Numbered from the stretch's first letter, positions 1 to 10,807 are shown. The stretch: 64,000 nucleotides of DNA from an uncultured delta proteobacterium (GCA_963745835.1 CAVUZH010000020.1:32001-96000); one strand, 5' to 3'. A program made the numbers and translations. Notes: generated by a model not told the origin, from the sequence alone.

Positions 1-1212
1 GATACCAAGAGCGCCGACGTGCACATCGCCGGAAAGCACCGTGACCCGGCATTTCTTGGCGTCAGCAAAGGCCAACAAACGGTGAATCAGCCGCAACCGT
101 TCTTGGCGGTGAGGCACGCTCAGCCACTGATCTCTGAGATCGTCTTCCAGCTCTTGCCGTCCAGGGAAAATCCCTAAAAGCTTCTCGAGCAGCGCAAACT
201 CAGGATGGACTACTGGAATACTGGACATCAGCAACAGGTGTCGAGCCGACGGGGTTTGGCTTCTTCTGCGCGGGGACGTTGCATCCAACCAGTCATAGAT
301 AGCCTTCCAAGATTCCGCACTGATGACCTGGCTCTTGGTTCTTTCGCTTCGCATGTCCAAGGCCAGCAGTGTCAGGCCGGCTATTTCAGCGCCGAGGCTA
401 AAAGCCTGCTGCGCTTTGATCGATAGCGGGTGAGTTTCGTCGCGGCCAAGTTGCAACTGGTAGAGCGCAAAATATTCTCTCGCGATGGCAAATATTCCCT
501 TGTAAACATCACACTGCTGAAGTTCCGCTTCATACGATCCCCAACCGTCGAAGATATCGTGATCGTCCCACATCATGATGCTCGGCACTTGAGCGAGAAC
601 GCGCGCGGGCTCGGCTTGCGACCATCGCTCCACGTAGACGTCCGCGTAGAACTGATCCACCAGCGAGCGCATTTCATCGGTAAACGGCTGCTTGATCCGT
701 TGTTCAAGCGGCAGTCTCGCCCATTCCTGGAGCGGCATAAGCTTGTCCCACATCGAATCGCAATAAAGCTGATCTCCACCCATCATCAACAGATGATATG
801 GCCTCGCCTCATGCTTTTCAGCAACCTGCCGCCATAACCGGTTGGCGTCTTTGGTGTCGTTCAGCAACTTCATACTGGAAAATCCATTGCAGGATGCATA
901 AAGCATGTTGGGAATGGCGTCGCGCGGCGGCACGACAAACAAATTTTCCACAGCGCCTATGGTGTAACTGACTGGCTGGGCGCGGGCAGTCTGTTTAACG
1001 GCAAAATCGAAGCGCCAGACCTGAAAAGTCGGATTGGACTCGGGAAACGCCTTTAGAAGTTTTGCCGCCCGCTTGATAGCTTTCCTGTTGCCGCTCTGAA
1101 GAATCAATTCCGGCGGGTTGCTTAAGATGTCGGTCACGATCAGCGCGCTTAAACTCCAACCAATCGTTGTCACTCCACGAAAACTAAGAATCGGCCCAAG
1201 AGAAATTTTCAT
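1..1212 (-). CDS. PhoD-like alkaline phosphatase D family protein (runs off window edge)
   Basis: Manual translation from ATG 1212 (AGGAGAG RBS): YASCNGFS, LMMGGDQLYCD, WDDHDIFDGWGSY, LSGDVH metallophosphatase motifs; absent from ORF track because open at the edge. Confidence 0.85.
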   Translation of the reverse strand, partial: MKISLGPILSFRGVTTIGWSLSALIVTDILSNPPELILQSGNRKAIKRAAKLLKAFPESNPTFQVWRFDFAVKQTARAQPVSYTIGAVENLFVVPPRDAIPNMLYASCNGFSSMKLLNDTKDANRLWRQVAEKHEARPYHLLMMGGDQLYCDSMWDKLMPLQEWARLPLEQRIKQPFTDEMRSLVDQFYADVYVERWSQAEPARVLAQVPSIMMWDDHDIFDGWGSYEAELQQCDVYKGIFAIAREYFALYQLQLGRDETHPLSIKAQQAFSLGAEIAGLTLLALDMRSERTKSQVISAESWKAIYDWLDATSPRRRSQTPSARHLLLMSSIPVVHPEFALLEKLLGIFPGRQELEDDLRDQWLSVPHRQERLRLIHRLLAFADAKKCRVTVLSGDVHVGALGI

Positions 1213-1234
1213 CGTCGCTCTCCTATCTCTGACG

Positions 1235-1263
1235 TTGAACGTTTGAACGTTGAACCATTGAAC
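1235..1263. repeat. TTGAAC(N1-2) short tandem repeat, half of a palindromic repeat family
   Basis: TTGAAC at 1235, 1243, 1250, 1258; same unit at 16114-16162, 24171-24297, 29980-30070, 34440-34510. Confidence 0.7.
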
Positions 1264-1269
1264 AGCTGT

Positions 1270-2448
1270 TCAGACTGCCTGTCCCGCGGCATTGCCGGAT
1301 GCCCAAGCCCACTGAAAATTGAATCCGCCGAGATGGCCGGTCACATCAACCACCTCGCCGATTATATAAAGCCCGGGTATCATTTTGGACTCCATGGTTG
1401 TCGAGGAAAGCTCATCGGTGTTGACGCCTCCTGCGGTCACCTCGGCGGTACGATACCCTTCCGTGCCGACCGGATGAAACGCCCATCCCTGTAGTTGGGC
1501 GGCAACTTGCCGCAGTTCGGCGGCGCGATACTGTCGCAGCGGCCGGCTGTCAAATTTGATCTCGGATAATCTCTGGGCGAGGCGCTTGGGAAATCTTTCG
1601 CCAAGCACATTTTTGAGTTCTGCCGCCGGCCGGGTCTGCTGCCGCTCCAGCAACCACTCGGCCCCATCGATGCTCGGCAAAAAATTCACGCGCAGCTCTT
1701 GGCCGTGTCTCCAGTAAGAAGATATCTGCAACATCGCCGGCCCGCTGATGCCGCGATGGGTAAACAGCATCGGGGCGGCAAAACTTTGACCGTTTGAAGT
1801 TGCTTCGACCGGTAATCCAATGCCGGCTAAATCCTGATAGCGTGTCAGATCCTCTGCGCTGAACGTAAACGGCACCAGCGCCGGATAGGTCGGCACGATG
1901 CTATGTCCAAACCGTTTGGCGAGCTCATAACCGAAATTCGTGGCGCCCATCTTCGGGATCGACAGGCCGCCTGAAGCGATGACTAACGATGCCGAGTGAA
2001 TCGGACCGCCGCCGGTCTCGATTATAAAACCCTCGCCCGCTCGCTCTACGGACGTCACCACGCCGTTTACTTCGATGCGGGCGCCGGCCTGCCGACATTC
2101 ATTCGCCAGCATCGTCACGATCGGCTTGGCCGAGTGATCGCAAAACAACTGGCCGCGCTCTTTTTCGTGATAGGCAATGCCATGGCGCTCCACCATGGCA
2201 ATGAAGTCTGAAGGTGTATAGCGCGCCAGTGCTGATTTGCAGAAATGCCGATTGGCCGATAAAAAATTTTCCGGCGTAACATGGAGGTTGGTGAAGTTAC
2301 AGCGGCCGCCGCCGGAGATGAGGATTTTTTTGCCGATCTGACCGCTGCGCTCGATGACCAGAACCCGCCGGCCGCGTTTGCCCGCCTCGATCGCGCACAT
2401 CAAACCGGCAGCGCCACCGCCGATGACGACTACATCATAACGGCGCAT
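1270..2448 (-). CDS. HI0933/BaiN-like NAD(P)/FAD-dependent oxidoreductase
   Basis: GGGAAG, GKKILISGGGRCNFTN, VTAGGV, GGFNFQWAWASG motifs. Confidence 0.92.
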   Translation of the reverse strand: MRRYDVVVIGGGAAGLMCAIEAGKRGRRVLVIERSGQIGKKILISGGGRCNFTNLHVTPENFLSANRHFCKSALARYTPSDFIAMVERHGIAYHEKERGQLFCDHSAKPIVTMLANECRQAGARIEVNGVVTSVERAGEGFIIETGGGPIHSASLVIASGGLSIPKMGATNFGYELAKRFGHSIVPTYPALVPFTFSAEDLTRYQDLAGIGLPVEATSNGQSFAAPMLFTHRGISGPAMLQISSYWRHGQELRVNFLPSIDGAEWLLERQQTRPAAELKNVLGERFPKRLAQRLSEIKFDSRPLRQYRAAELRQVAAQLQGWAFHPVGTEGYRTAEVTAGGVNTDELSSTTMESKMIPGLYIIGEVVDVTGHLGGFNFQWAWASGNAAGQAV

Positions 2449-2539
2449 CTATGAGATGAGGGGCGCGACCGATAAAATCATATTAAAGCCTTCAGATGAG
2501 GCTCGGCATTTGAAGATGGTATGCGATTGCTGCCGTTGG

Positions 2540-3715
2540 TTAGATCACGCCCTTGTCTTTGAGTTCCGCGATCTTCTTGCCGTCATATCCCAACGCCGTT
2601 AAGAATTCCGCGTTGTGCTCGCCGAGCTCGGGCGGCGGCCCGGGATGAGGTGATTTGGTCTCGCTGTACTCGTTGGGGAATTTAACCGTGCGAATGTCCG
2701 GCCTGTCTTTGCGGTCGATCTTTATTTCCAGACCCATGTGCCTTATCTGCGGGTCTTCGAACAGTTCGAGCATGTTGTAAACCGGCGTGTGCGGCACATC
2801 GTTGAGTTCGAGCTGCTCGAGCCAGAAGGAGCGCGGTTTCTCTTTGAAAAATTCGGTAAACACCGCGTTCAACTCCGAATAATTCTTGCGGCGGTTGGGC
2901 CGGGTGTTGAAGCGTGGATCATCGATCATCTCAGGGTGGCCGGCGGATTTGCACAAACCTTCCCAGAATTTCTGCGGCGACGAGAGATGGATGGCGAAGG
3001 GCAAGCCATCGGAGCCGCTGAACGCGTAAGTTTGCGACTGCATCGGTCGGGTGTAGGGTCCGGGGATTTTTCCAGTGGCGAGCGCATCGGTGGCCGGAGC
3101 ATTCAAAAAAGCCAGAACCGAGCCCGCCATCGTGGTATCGACCTGCTGGCCTTTGCCCGTTTTCGATCGCGCCACCAACGCGCTTAGAACACCGACGGTT
3201 GCGAATACCCCGCTCAAGCTATCGGCATAGTTGGGCCCGATCGGGCGTGGATCTTTCGCCTCCATCAGCAAACTCAGCATACCGCCAAGTCCCTGGCCCA
3301 CCGTGTCGTAGGCCGGCCGCTTAGCATAGGGACCGGTCGGGCCGGTGCCGGTGATCGAACAGTAAATGAGTTGCTGGTTGAGCTTGCTCAGGCTCTCGTA
3401 ATCGATGCCCAATCGCTTTGTCACTCCCGGCCGGTAGTTTTCCACAATCACATCGGCATCTTTGACCAAGCCAAGAAAGATCTCCTTGCCCTCCGGGGTT
3501 TGCAAATTCAACGTCACGCTTTTCTTGCCGCGGTTGTAAGCCCAGAAATTGGGTTGATCGCCGCCCAGATCCCAACCGCGAAAGGGATCGCCGCCTTGAG
3601 GATTTTCAATCTTGATGACTTCCGCGCCCAGATCCGCAAGCAACATCGCGCCATAAGGACCGGAAATAAAATTACCGAGCTCCAAAACCCTGATGCCTTC
3701 TAAACAACCATTCAT
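2540..3715 (-). CDS. CaiB/BaiF family III CoA-transferase
   Basis: LADLGAEVIKIE..GDPFR, NRGKKS, VENYRPG, PAYD. Confidence 0.93.
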   Translation of the reverse strand: MNGCLEGIRVLELGNFISGPYGAMLLADLGAEVIKIENPQGGDPFRGWDLGGDQPNFWAYNRGKKSVTLNLQTPEGKEIFLGLVKDADVIVENYRPGVTKRLGIDYESLSKLNQQLIYCSITGTGPTGPYAKRPAYDTVGQGLGGMLSLLMEAKDPRPIGPNYADSLSGVFATVGVLSALVARSKTGKGQQVDTTMAGSVLAFLNAPATDALATGKIPGPYTRPMQSQTYAFSGSDGLPFAIHLSSPQKFWEGLCKSAGHPEMIDDPRFNTRPNRRKNYSELNAVFTEFFKEKPRSFWLEQLELNDVPHTPVYNMLELFEDPQIRHMGLEIKIDRKDRPDIRTVKFPNEYSETKSPHPGPPPELGEHNAEFLTALGYDGKKIAELKDKGVI

Positions 3716-3768
3716 ATACTCTCTCCTACTGGAAATTCTCTCTCATCGTTTTGTGATTCGGAGCAGAC

Positions 3769-3837
3769 TCACCACGGAGATGCGGAAGATGCAGAGAAAT
3801 GATCATAAACACTCAGCGAACTCTGTCTGCGCGGTGA
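3769..3837. repeat. Degenerate palindromic intergenic element (TCACCACGGAGA...CTCTG..GCGGTGA)
   Basis: Imperfect inverted ends between the two CoA-transferase genes. Confidence 0.45.
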
Positions 3838-3846
3838 ATATCGCTT

Positions 3847-5022
3847 TTAAATAACGCCCTTCTGTTTGAGCTCGGCGATCCTTGTTTCGTCATAACCCAA
3901 GGACTTCAAGAATTCATTGTTATGTTCGCCAAGCTCCGGCGGCGGGGCGGGATGAGGCGATGGGGTTTCGCTGTGAGTCAAAGGGAACTTCACGGTTCGA
4001 ATCGTTGGCTTATTTTTTCGCTCAATCGCGATTTCCATGCCCATGTGTTTAACCTGCGGATCTCCGAACACCTCCTTCAAGTTATACACGGGCGTATGCG
4101 GCACGTCGTTGGCTTCGAGCGCCTCGATCCATGCCGACCGGGGCCGTTGTTTGAAAAACGCCGCGAAAGTCTGGCTGAGCGCGTCATAGTTGGAACGCCG
4201 CTCCGGCCGTGTTCTAAACCGGGGATCTTCGATCAATTCCGGATGGCCGACCGTTTTGCATAAACCTTCCCAGAATTTTTGCGGCGACGACAAGTGAATC
4301 GCCAGCAGTGCGCCGTCCGCGCAGGCGAAGGCATAAGTCTGCGATTGGCGCGGCCGGGTGTACGGACCTGGGATTCTTCCATCTGCGAGAGTTTCGGTTG
4401 CCGGCGCGTTCAAAAAAGCCAGAATCGAACCGACCATGGTGGCATCGATTTGTTGTCCCTTGCCGGTACGCATGCGCGCCGTCAGCGCTCCCAAAATGCC
4501 CAGCGCCGAGAACATGCCACTCAAGCAGTCCGCGTAGGCCGGGCCGACCGGCTTAGGATTCTGCGGGTCCATGAGAACACTCATCATGCCGCCCATTCCT
4601 TGACCCACCGTGTCATAGGCCGGCCGTTTGACGTAGGGCCCGGTCGGTCCGGTACCTGTGATCGAGCAGCATATAATTTTTTCATTGACCTTCTGCAGCG
4701 ATTCGAAATCGATACCCAGCTTCTTAGTTACGCCTGGACGGTAATTGTCCATGACTACGTCGGCCTGCTTCACGAGGCCATAAAAAATTTCCTTGCCTTC
4801 GGCTGTTTGCAAATTCAAGGTGACACTTTTTTTGCCGCGGTTATAGGCCCAGAAATTGGGCTGGTCGCCGCCAAAATCCCAGCCGCGAAAAGGATCGCCG
4901 CCCTTGGGATTCTCAACCTTGATAACTTCGGCGCCCATATCCGCGAGCAACATCGCGCCATAAGGACCGGAAATAAAATTTCCAAGCTCCAAAACTCTGA
5001 TGCCGTCCAAACAACCCTTCAT
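3847..5022 (-). CDS. CaiB/BaiF family III CoA-transferase (tandem paralog)
   Basis: Same motifs and same length (391 aa) as 2540-3715. Confidence 0.93.
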   Translation of the reverse strand: MKGCLDGIRVLELGNFISGPYGAMLLADMGAEVIKVENPKGGDPFRGWDFGGDQPNFWAYNRGKKSVTLNLQTAEGKEIFYGLVKQADVVMDNYRPGVTKKLGIDFESLQKVNEKIICCSITGTGPTGPYVKRPAYDTVGQGMGGMMSVLMDPQNPKPVGPAYADCLSGMFSALGILGALTARMRTGKGQQIDATMVGSILAFLNAPATETLADGRIPGPYTRPRQSQTYAFACADGALLAIHLSSPQKFWEGLCKTVGHPELIEDPRFRTRPERRSNYDALSQTFAAFFKQRPRSAWIEALEANDVPHTPVYNLKEVFGDPQVKHMGMEIAIERKNKPTIRTVKFPLTHSETPSPHPAPPPELGEHNNEFLKSLGYDETRIAELKQKGVI

Positions 5023-5136
5023 GCGTTTACCTCTTTAATTTTTACTCACGCCTGTCGCCGGCAGCGACGTCCGATAGACAGGAGTGGGCGATTTCGATAT
5101 TGGACTTTCATACCTTCCAATTCACAGGAGAACAAG

Positions 5137-6504
5137 ATGGCAACGCCACCGCCCGTCACCGAGACCTTAGCTCGTTTCGTCGCCGAGACCGACTATTCGG
5201 CCATCTCCGATAGTGCCTTGAGCAACGCCAAAATGCACCTGCTCGATACCATTGGCGCTGGCTTAGCGGCAGTGAGCACGACCGTGGCGGCCATTGCGGT
5301 CAATTATTGCAAACGAATGGGACATTCGCAGGAAGCCTCGATCTGGGGAACGACTGAGAAAGCTTCGGCTCCGATGGCGGCCTTTACCAACGGTTTATTA
5401 GCCCACACTTTGGATTTCGATGACTGGGATGCCTACCTGCGCGCGGGTCATCCGAGCAGCGTGATCACTGCCGCCGCGCTTGCGCTGGGCGAGAATATCG
5501 GCGCCTCCGGAAAAGATTTTTTGAAAGCCTATGTTTTTGGGATTGAAGTGCTCACGCAAATGGCCGCCGGTACCCCCGAGCTGCATAAACGCGGCTTTCA
5601 CAGCACGCCGGTGTGGGGCAGCATCGGCGGGGTCATCGCATCGGCCAGTTTGCTCAAATTGGATCCGGAAAAAATCAAAGCCGCTCTTGGCGTGGCCGCC
5701 TCGGGCGCGGCGGGGATCCAACGTCAACAGGGCTCGATGGTCAAACCGTTTCATGCCGGCAATGCCGCCCGCAACGGCGTCGAAGCCGCGCTTCTGGCGC
5801 AGCAAGGTTTTACCGCCGATCAGAATATCATCGAGGCGCCGCGCGGCTTTTGCGACACATTCTTCGGCTCGGGAACTTGCGATTACGAAAAGATGTTAAG
5901 AGGCATCGGTCAGCCCTATTTCCTGGAATCACCCGCACTCGGGCTGAAAATGCATCCGTGCAGCGCGCCACAATTTCTCGCGGCCGATGCGGCGCTGCAG
6001 CTCAAGCGCGAGCATGCAATCGATTTTGCCGATGTCGCCAAGATCGAGGTCAGTATTCCGCCGATGCGCTACCAACGGCATTTCCACGCCGAAGTGAAAA
6101 CCGGCCTGCGCGGAAAATTTGCGATCAATTATGTCGTTGCGCTCGGCGTACTCGACGGCAAGCTGGACAATGATACTTTCACCGATGCAAAAGCCAACGA
6201 TCCGCTGGTTCAGCAAGCCCTGCGCAGAGTTGACGTGATAATCGACGATTCGATTCCCGAACCCGGCACCTACTGCCCGGTGACCATTGAATTGAAGAAC
6301 GGCAGGCGGCTGAGTCACACGGCACGAATTGCCAAAGGCCATCCAGAAAATCCCATGAGCGAAAGCGAGATCTTGGCCAAGTTCAAGAACAACGTCAAGG
6401 GAGTCATCTCGACAGAACGTTCGGAACAGTTGATCGCCGCATTGAAGAATCTGGAAGAGATTGGCGATCTGCGACAGGTGACGGGTTTCTTGCGGCCGGC
6501 GTGA
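5137..6504 (+). CDS. MmgE/PrpD family protein
   Basis: ATG 5137 after CAGGAG; AHTLDFDD, GHPSS, GFHST, KPFHAG, AKGHPENP. Confidence 0.92.
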   Translation: MATPPPVTETLARFVAETDYSAISDSALSNAKMHLLDTIGAGLAAVSTTVAAIAVNYCKRMGHSQEASIWGTTEKASAPMAAFTNGLLAHTLDFDDWDAYLRAGHPSSVITAAALALGENIGASGKDFLKAYVFGIEVLTQMAAGTPELHKRGFHSTPVWGSIGGVIASASLLKLDPEKIKAALGVAASGAAGIQRQQGSMVKPFHAGNAARNGVEAALLAQQGFTADQNIIEAPRGFCDTFFGSGTCDYEKMLRGIGQPYFLESPALGLKMHPCSAPQFLAADAALQLKREHAIDFADVAKIEVSIPPMRYQRHFHAEVKTGLRGKFAINYVVALGVLDGKLDNDTFTDAKANDPLVQQALRRVDVIIDDSIPEPGTYCPVTIELKNGRRLSHTARIAKGHPENPMSESEILAKFKNNVKGVISTERSEQLIAALKNLEEIGDLRQVTGFLRPA

Positions 6505-6522
6505 GCCGGATAGGACGATAGT

Positions 6523-7377
6523 TTAACTCTGCGCCGGATGTTGACTGGCCAATCGCGGCACCTTGTGGCGATTGTAACTCCACAAGTATTGCTCGGGGCA
6601 GCGCCGCACCAGGTTTTCAACCAAGCGGTTGAGTGTGCTCTCATCGAAATTCTCGCTTGCCACCGGATCGAACTCAAGTTCGAAGCCGGTGCCGCAAGGC
6701 AGCCGTTTGCTAAAGACACTGATGAGCGAGGCGCCCGTGCTCTGCTGCAATTTTCGCACTAGAGGCATGGTATAGGCCGGACGGCCAAAGAAATCGGCCC
6801 ATACTCCGGCGGCGGACTTGGGCGCTTGATCCGGCAGTAAGGCAATCGCTTGACCGCTATGCAGAGTTTTCAAAAGCAATTGAACGCCTCCTCGATTGGT
6901 CGGCGCCAAGCGTAGTTGTTCGCGGCTGCGGCCGGCGATGATCAGGGACTTAACCCATTTTTGCCGCGGCGGCCGGTAGAGAACGGTCAGCGGCATTCGC
7001 TTGGCAACGTACTGAGCGGCAATTTCGAAGCAACCCAGATGTGGGGTAATGAATATTATTCCTTTGCCTAGCTTTCGCGCTGCTTCCACATGGGCCCAAC
7101 CTTGGCATTCGATAACCAGCTTGTTGATTTCACGATCTCGTCCGAACCAAACTTTCGCCAGCTCCACCGCTGCTTTACCCGATTCACGAACGGTTTCATG
7201 AAGCAACGCGCGATATTCGGTCTCACTGGCGCAAATCGCGCTGGCGCGCAGATTCTCTCTCAGACGCCGCGCATGGGTCGGCCAAATCCAGTATGTGACC
7301 CAGCCGACGATCACGCCGATGCGATGCAACCAACGAAGCGGCAGTCGAGCGATTATTCTTAATAAGGCAGGCAACAA
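6523..7377 (-). CDS. Lipid A late acyltransferase (LpxL/HtrB-like)
   Basis: TPHLGCFE, LLPDQ, FFGRPA, PEQYLWSYNRHK. Confidence 0.85.
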   Translation of the reverse strand: MLPALLRIIARLPLRWLHRIGVIVGWVTYWIWPTHARRLRENLRASAICASETEYRALLHETVRESGKAAVELAKVWFGRDREINKLVIECQGWAHVEAARKLGKGIIFITPHLGCFEIAAQYVAKRMPLTVLYRPPRQKWVKSLIIAGRSREQLRLAPTNRGGVQLLLKTLHSGQAIALLPDQAPKSAAGVWADFFGRPAYTMPLVRKLQQSTGASLISVFSKRLPCGTGFELEFDPVASENFDESTLNRLVENLVRRCPEQYLWSYNRHKVPRLASQHPAQS

Positions 7378-7601
7378 AATGAATACGAGGTAACTGGGCG
7401 CGGCTTTTCGATCTTAGAGGATGAGTTCCCATTAGGATACCTTCTAGGAGCTAATCCGGCAACTCTAAAACCCATCAGCCAAGATAATTAACGCTAATTT
7501 AGCTGGCGCGCTGCTGCCTTGCGCTGTGCTTGGACATCTATCCTCGGCTACGGTATGGGAACTCCATCCCGATTATTACCAATTTCTAAAAAACTCTAGG
7601 T

Positions 7602-7805
7602 GCAGGCTGCTCAAAAACTCAGAGGCTGTGCGCGCCGGTTCGACGTGCGTGCAGCGATGCGTGGGTACGTTGCAGCGAGGCAAATCGCGCGGACATGCGC
7701 GGGTTCAGCGGCTGGATGTCGGGAAACAAACAGCTATCCGGCCACTTACCGTTCATCGAACCGACACCAAGGCAACGAAGCATATGAATTTTTTTTGGAG
7801 CCTGC
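7602..7805. mobile_element. MITE-like element with CAGGCTGCTCAAAAA-type ends
   Basis: GCAGGCTGCTCAAAAA ... TTTTTTGGAGCCTGC; internal ACGTTG.AGCGAGGC and GCAAC.AAGCA shared with 26452-26578. Confidence 0.65.
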
Positions 7806-7830
7806 TAGAACAGAGATCACGGAGGATACC

Positions 7831-9951
7831 TTGGCCAACAACAGTCCTTTGGCTCCGCTGTTTGAGGCGGATCGTCTGGCCATCATCGGCGCCAGCGATC
7901 GCAATCACTACGCCGTCAATATAATCAAGAACCTGCAGAACATGGGCTTCGACTCTTCACGGATCGTGCCGATCAATCCGGGCCGGCCGGAAGTCTTCGG
8001 CTTGAAAGCATATCCGAGTGTTCTCGAAGTGCCCGGGGAAATTCCCCTTGCAGTGATCGCAGTCAATACCAACACGGTTGTCGGCGTGGTCGAGGAGTTA
8101 GGTATAAAAGCAGTGAAAGCCGGCGTCATTTTTGCCGACGGCTTCGCCGAAGGAGGAGAACAAGGGAACAAGCTCCAACAACGCCTGACCGATGCCGCCA
8201 AAGCCAGCGGGTTGAAGCTACTTGGTCCCAACTGCATGGGTTTTGTTTCGGTGCCCGCCAAGCTGGGTATTTGGGGCGGCGAACTGCCAAAAAATCTTCG
8301 CGCCGGCAACATCGGCTGCATCTTCCAAAGCAGCGGCATGATGAACTTGATCATGATCCTCGGCACTAAGCGCGGTTTCGGGTTTCATCTCTGCGCCAGC
8401 GGCGGCAATGAAATAATCTTAAATTCCGCCGACTATCTGGAATACCAAGCCGACTGTCCGGAGATTGATGTAATCGCCGCGTACTTGGAGGCGGCGCCGA
8501 AAGAACCAGAAAGGTTTGCTGCCGCGCTCGACCGCGCCATCGCCAACGGCAAAAGCGTGCTGATACTGCGCGCCGGCCGAACCGACCGAGCCAAACGCAA
8601 CGTCATCGCGCACACCGGCCAACTGGCCGGCTCGGCCGCCACATGGGACGCATTTTTCGAGCAACACGGCGCTATTCTGGTGAACGATCTCGATGATTTG
8701 ATCGACACCATCGCGCTCTTTGCCGGTGCCAAGGTCCGGCCGGATAGACACGAGCGCGGCGTTGGTCTGATAACCATATCCGGCGGCGATTGCACCTTGC
8801 TGTGCGATATCGCCGATCAGGAGAGTGTCACGCTTGCCGAACTCAGCCTGGAAACCCAAAATATTTTGACCGAAAGTCTCGACAAACCAACATTGCTGGG
8901 AAATCCCCTGGACGTCGAGGACCTGCAACGAATGAAGCCCGCAGCTTTTGATCTGTGTTTGCAGACATTCTTCCAAGAACCCAATATCGATATGTTGGGA
9001 ATTCGCCTGAATCTTCCGGAAACGATCACGCCGGCATCTGAAGAGCTCTACGGCAAAATTGCCGATCTCAGTAAAGCCACCGACAAGCGTGTCTTCGTGC
9101 TCACACGCGCTACGGAACCGCCCGCGGAAGTCTGGCACGAGCGGCTCAACGACTTAGGTTTGACCTTCACCGGCGATTACCGCAAATCACTGCGTGCTCT
9201 TGGCCGTTTGCGCCGCAACGAAGTTGATCGCGCCAACGGCCGCTTCACTCCAGCGATACGCTCAGACGCCGCGCCGACGCGGCCAAATTTGGGCCATGGC
9301 CTGCTGTCGTATCGCGCAGCCGAAACACTGTTGCAAGCCTACGATATAACGATGACTCAGACGATCCTGGCGCAATCAATGGATGAAGCGGTTACGGCCG
9401 CGGAGCAAGTCGGCTACCCATGCGTTCTTAAAGTAGCGTCGGTGGATCTGCCGCACAAAACCGAATTCGGCGCGCTGCGCTTGGGTTTAGAAAATCGTGA
9501 TAGTGTTCGGCGCGCACACGACGAAATGCTATCGCGAGTGCGCGCGCTCAAGCCTGAGGCTAACATCGAAGGCGTTCTGGTGCAGAAACAAATCAAAGGC
9601 ATCGAGTGTTTGCTGGGCGTCTCCCGTGACGAGCAACTTGGGCCCACGTTGGTCATGGGTCTCGGCGGCGTTTTCGTCGAGGTTCTCGCCGACGTGGCGC
9701 TGCGCATTCCGTCGATCAGCGCCGCCGAAGCGCGCCGTGCGCTGGAAGACTTGAAAGGCGCAAAAGTTTTCCACGGGATCCGTGGCGCACCGCCCGCCGA
9801 CATCGACGCTCTGGCCCAAATCGCTGCGCGGCTTTCCTGGCTCGCCTACGATCTGCGCGACGAGATTGCCGAGTTGGATTTAAATCCCGTGATCGTCCTG
9901 CCTAAGGATCAGGGTGCGTTCGCTGTAGACGCGTTGGTGGTAATGCGCTGA
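7831..9951 (+). CDS. Acetate/acyl-CoA ligase (ADP-forming) family, CoA-binding + ATP-grasp
   Basis: TTG 7831 after GGAGG; IIGAS, LGPNCMG, HTGQLAG, HKTEFG, ELDLNPV. Confidence 0.9.
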   Translation: MANNSPLAPLFEADRLAIIGASDRNHYAVNIIKNLQNMGFDSSRIVPINPGRPEVFGLKAYPSVLEVPGEIPLAVIAVNTNTVVGVVEELGIKAVKAGVIFADGFAEGGEQGNKLQQRLTDAAKASGLKLLGPNCMGFVSVPAKLGIWGGELPKNLRAGNIGCIFQSSGMMNLIMILGTKRGFGFHLCASGGNEIILNSADYLEYQADCPEIDVIAAYLEAAPKEPERFAAALDRAIANGKSVLILRAGRTDRAKRNVIAHTGQLAGSAATWDAFFEQHGAILVNDLDDLIDTIALFAGAKVRPDRHERGVGLITISGGDCTLLCDIADQESVTLAELSLETQNILTESLDKPTLLGNPLDVEDLQRMKPAAFDLCLQTFFQEPNIDMLGIRLNLPETITPASEELYGKIADLSKATDKRVFVLTRATEPPAEVWHERLNDLGLTFTGDYRKSLRALGRLRRNEVDRANGRFTPAIRSDAAPTRPNLGHGLLSYRAAETLLQAYDITMTQTILAQSMDEAVTAAEQVGYPCVLKVASVDLPHKTEFGALRLGLENRDSVRRAHDEMLSRVRALKPEANIEGVLVQKQIKGIECLLGVSRDEQLGPTLVMGLGGVFVEVLADVALRIPSISAAEARRALEDLKGAKVFHGIRGAPPADIDALAQIAARLSWLAYDLRDEIAELDLNPVIVLPKDQGAFAVDALVVMR

Positions 9952-10047
9952 GCCCTTGCCGCCTTGGCAAAATTGCGAGCCGTGACGCTTAGCCGTTCGT
10001 CACGACAATTCGCGGTTAACCATTACCACAGTAATCAAAGGCCGATC

Positions 10048-10734
10048 ATGCTGGCAGAGAAATTAATCCAGATTGCGGGGGTGATCGACGCCGCTGAGGC
10101 GCAAATGCTTCAGCAATGCGGCATTCGTTATTTGGGATTTCCGCTGCGGCTCCCGGTTCACCGCGAGGATCTCACCGAAGAGGAGGCCGCGGCCATCATC
10201 AAGAGCTTGGCGCCGCCGGTATTCGGAGTGCTGATTACGTATCTCCACGAGGCAAGCGAGATCGCCGCTTTCTGTCATGCGCTGGGCGCCCGGATTGTGC
10301 AGCTCCATGGCGACATCGAACGCGATGAGTTGAAGCATCTAAAAACTCTCGATCCAAATTTAACCGTGATCAAAAGTCTGGTTATCGGAATGCACGAGGA
10401 GAAAACTTTGGAAGCATTGGTCAGTAAGTTATCACCGTTCGTCGATGCGTTCATCACCGACACATTCGATCCAAAAACCGGCGCGTCGGGCGCCACCGGC
10501 AAGACCCACGACTGGCGGATTAGCCAGCGTCTGATAGAACTTGCCGATAAACCGGTTATTCTCGCCGGCGGACTAACGCCAGAGAACGTCAAGAGAGCGA
10601 TTCTGGAAGTACGGCCGGCCGGAGTCGATTCTCACACCGGCGTCGAAGACTCCAACGGCCGCAAGAGCCGTGAAAAAGTGCGCAAGTTCGTGTCGGAAGC
10701 CCAGGAAGCTTTTGAGCTCGTTAAAGCAAAGTAG
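10048..10734 (+). CDS. trpF: Phosphoribosylanthranilate isomerase (stand-alone)
   Basis: VQLHG, GATGKTHDW, ILAGGLTPENV, GVDSHTGVE. Confidence 0.85.
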   Translation: MLAEKLIQIAGVIDAAEAQMLQQCGIRYLGFPLRLPVHREDLTEEEAAAIIKSLAPPVFGVLITYLHEASEIAAFCHALGARIVQLHGDIERDELKHLKTLDPNLTVIKSLVIGMHEEKTLEALVSKLSPFVDAFITDTFDPKTGASGATGKTHDWRISQRLIELADKPVILAGGLTPENVKRAILEVRPAGVDSHTGVEDSNGRKSREKVRKFVSEAQEAFELVKAK

Positions 10735-10807
10735 CAATCATCAACCGCTTGGCTCAAACATAGGCGGATACCTCAGGGTGAGCCCAGTCCCCCGGCCGCT
10801 TACGAAT

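Noticed and set aside
4279-5136. 741-aa ORF suggesting a long N-terminal extension on MmgE/PrpD
   Set aside because: The extension is antisense shadow of the CoA-transferase; RBS and homology start at 5137
7600-7830. N-terminal extension of the acyl-CoA ligase
   Set aside because: It reads through a MITE; GGAGG-TTG at 7831 is the better start
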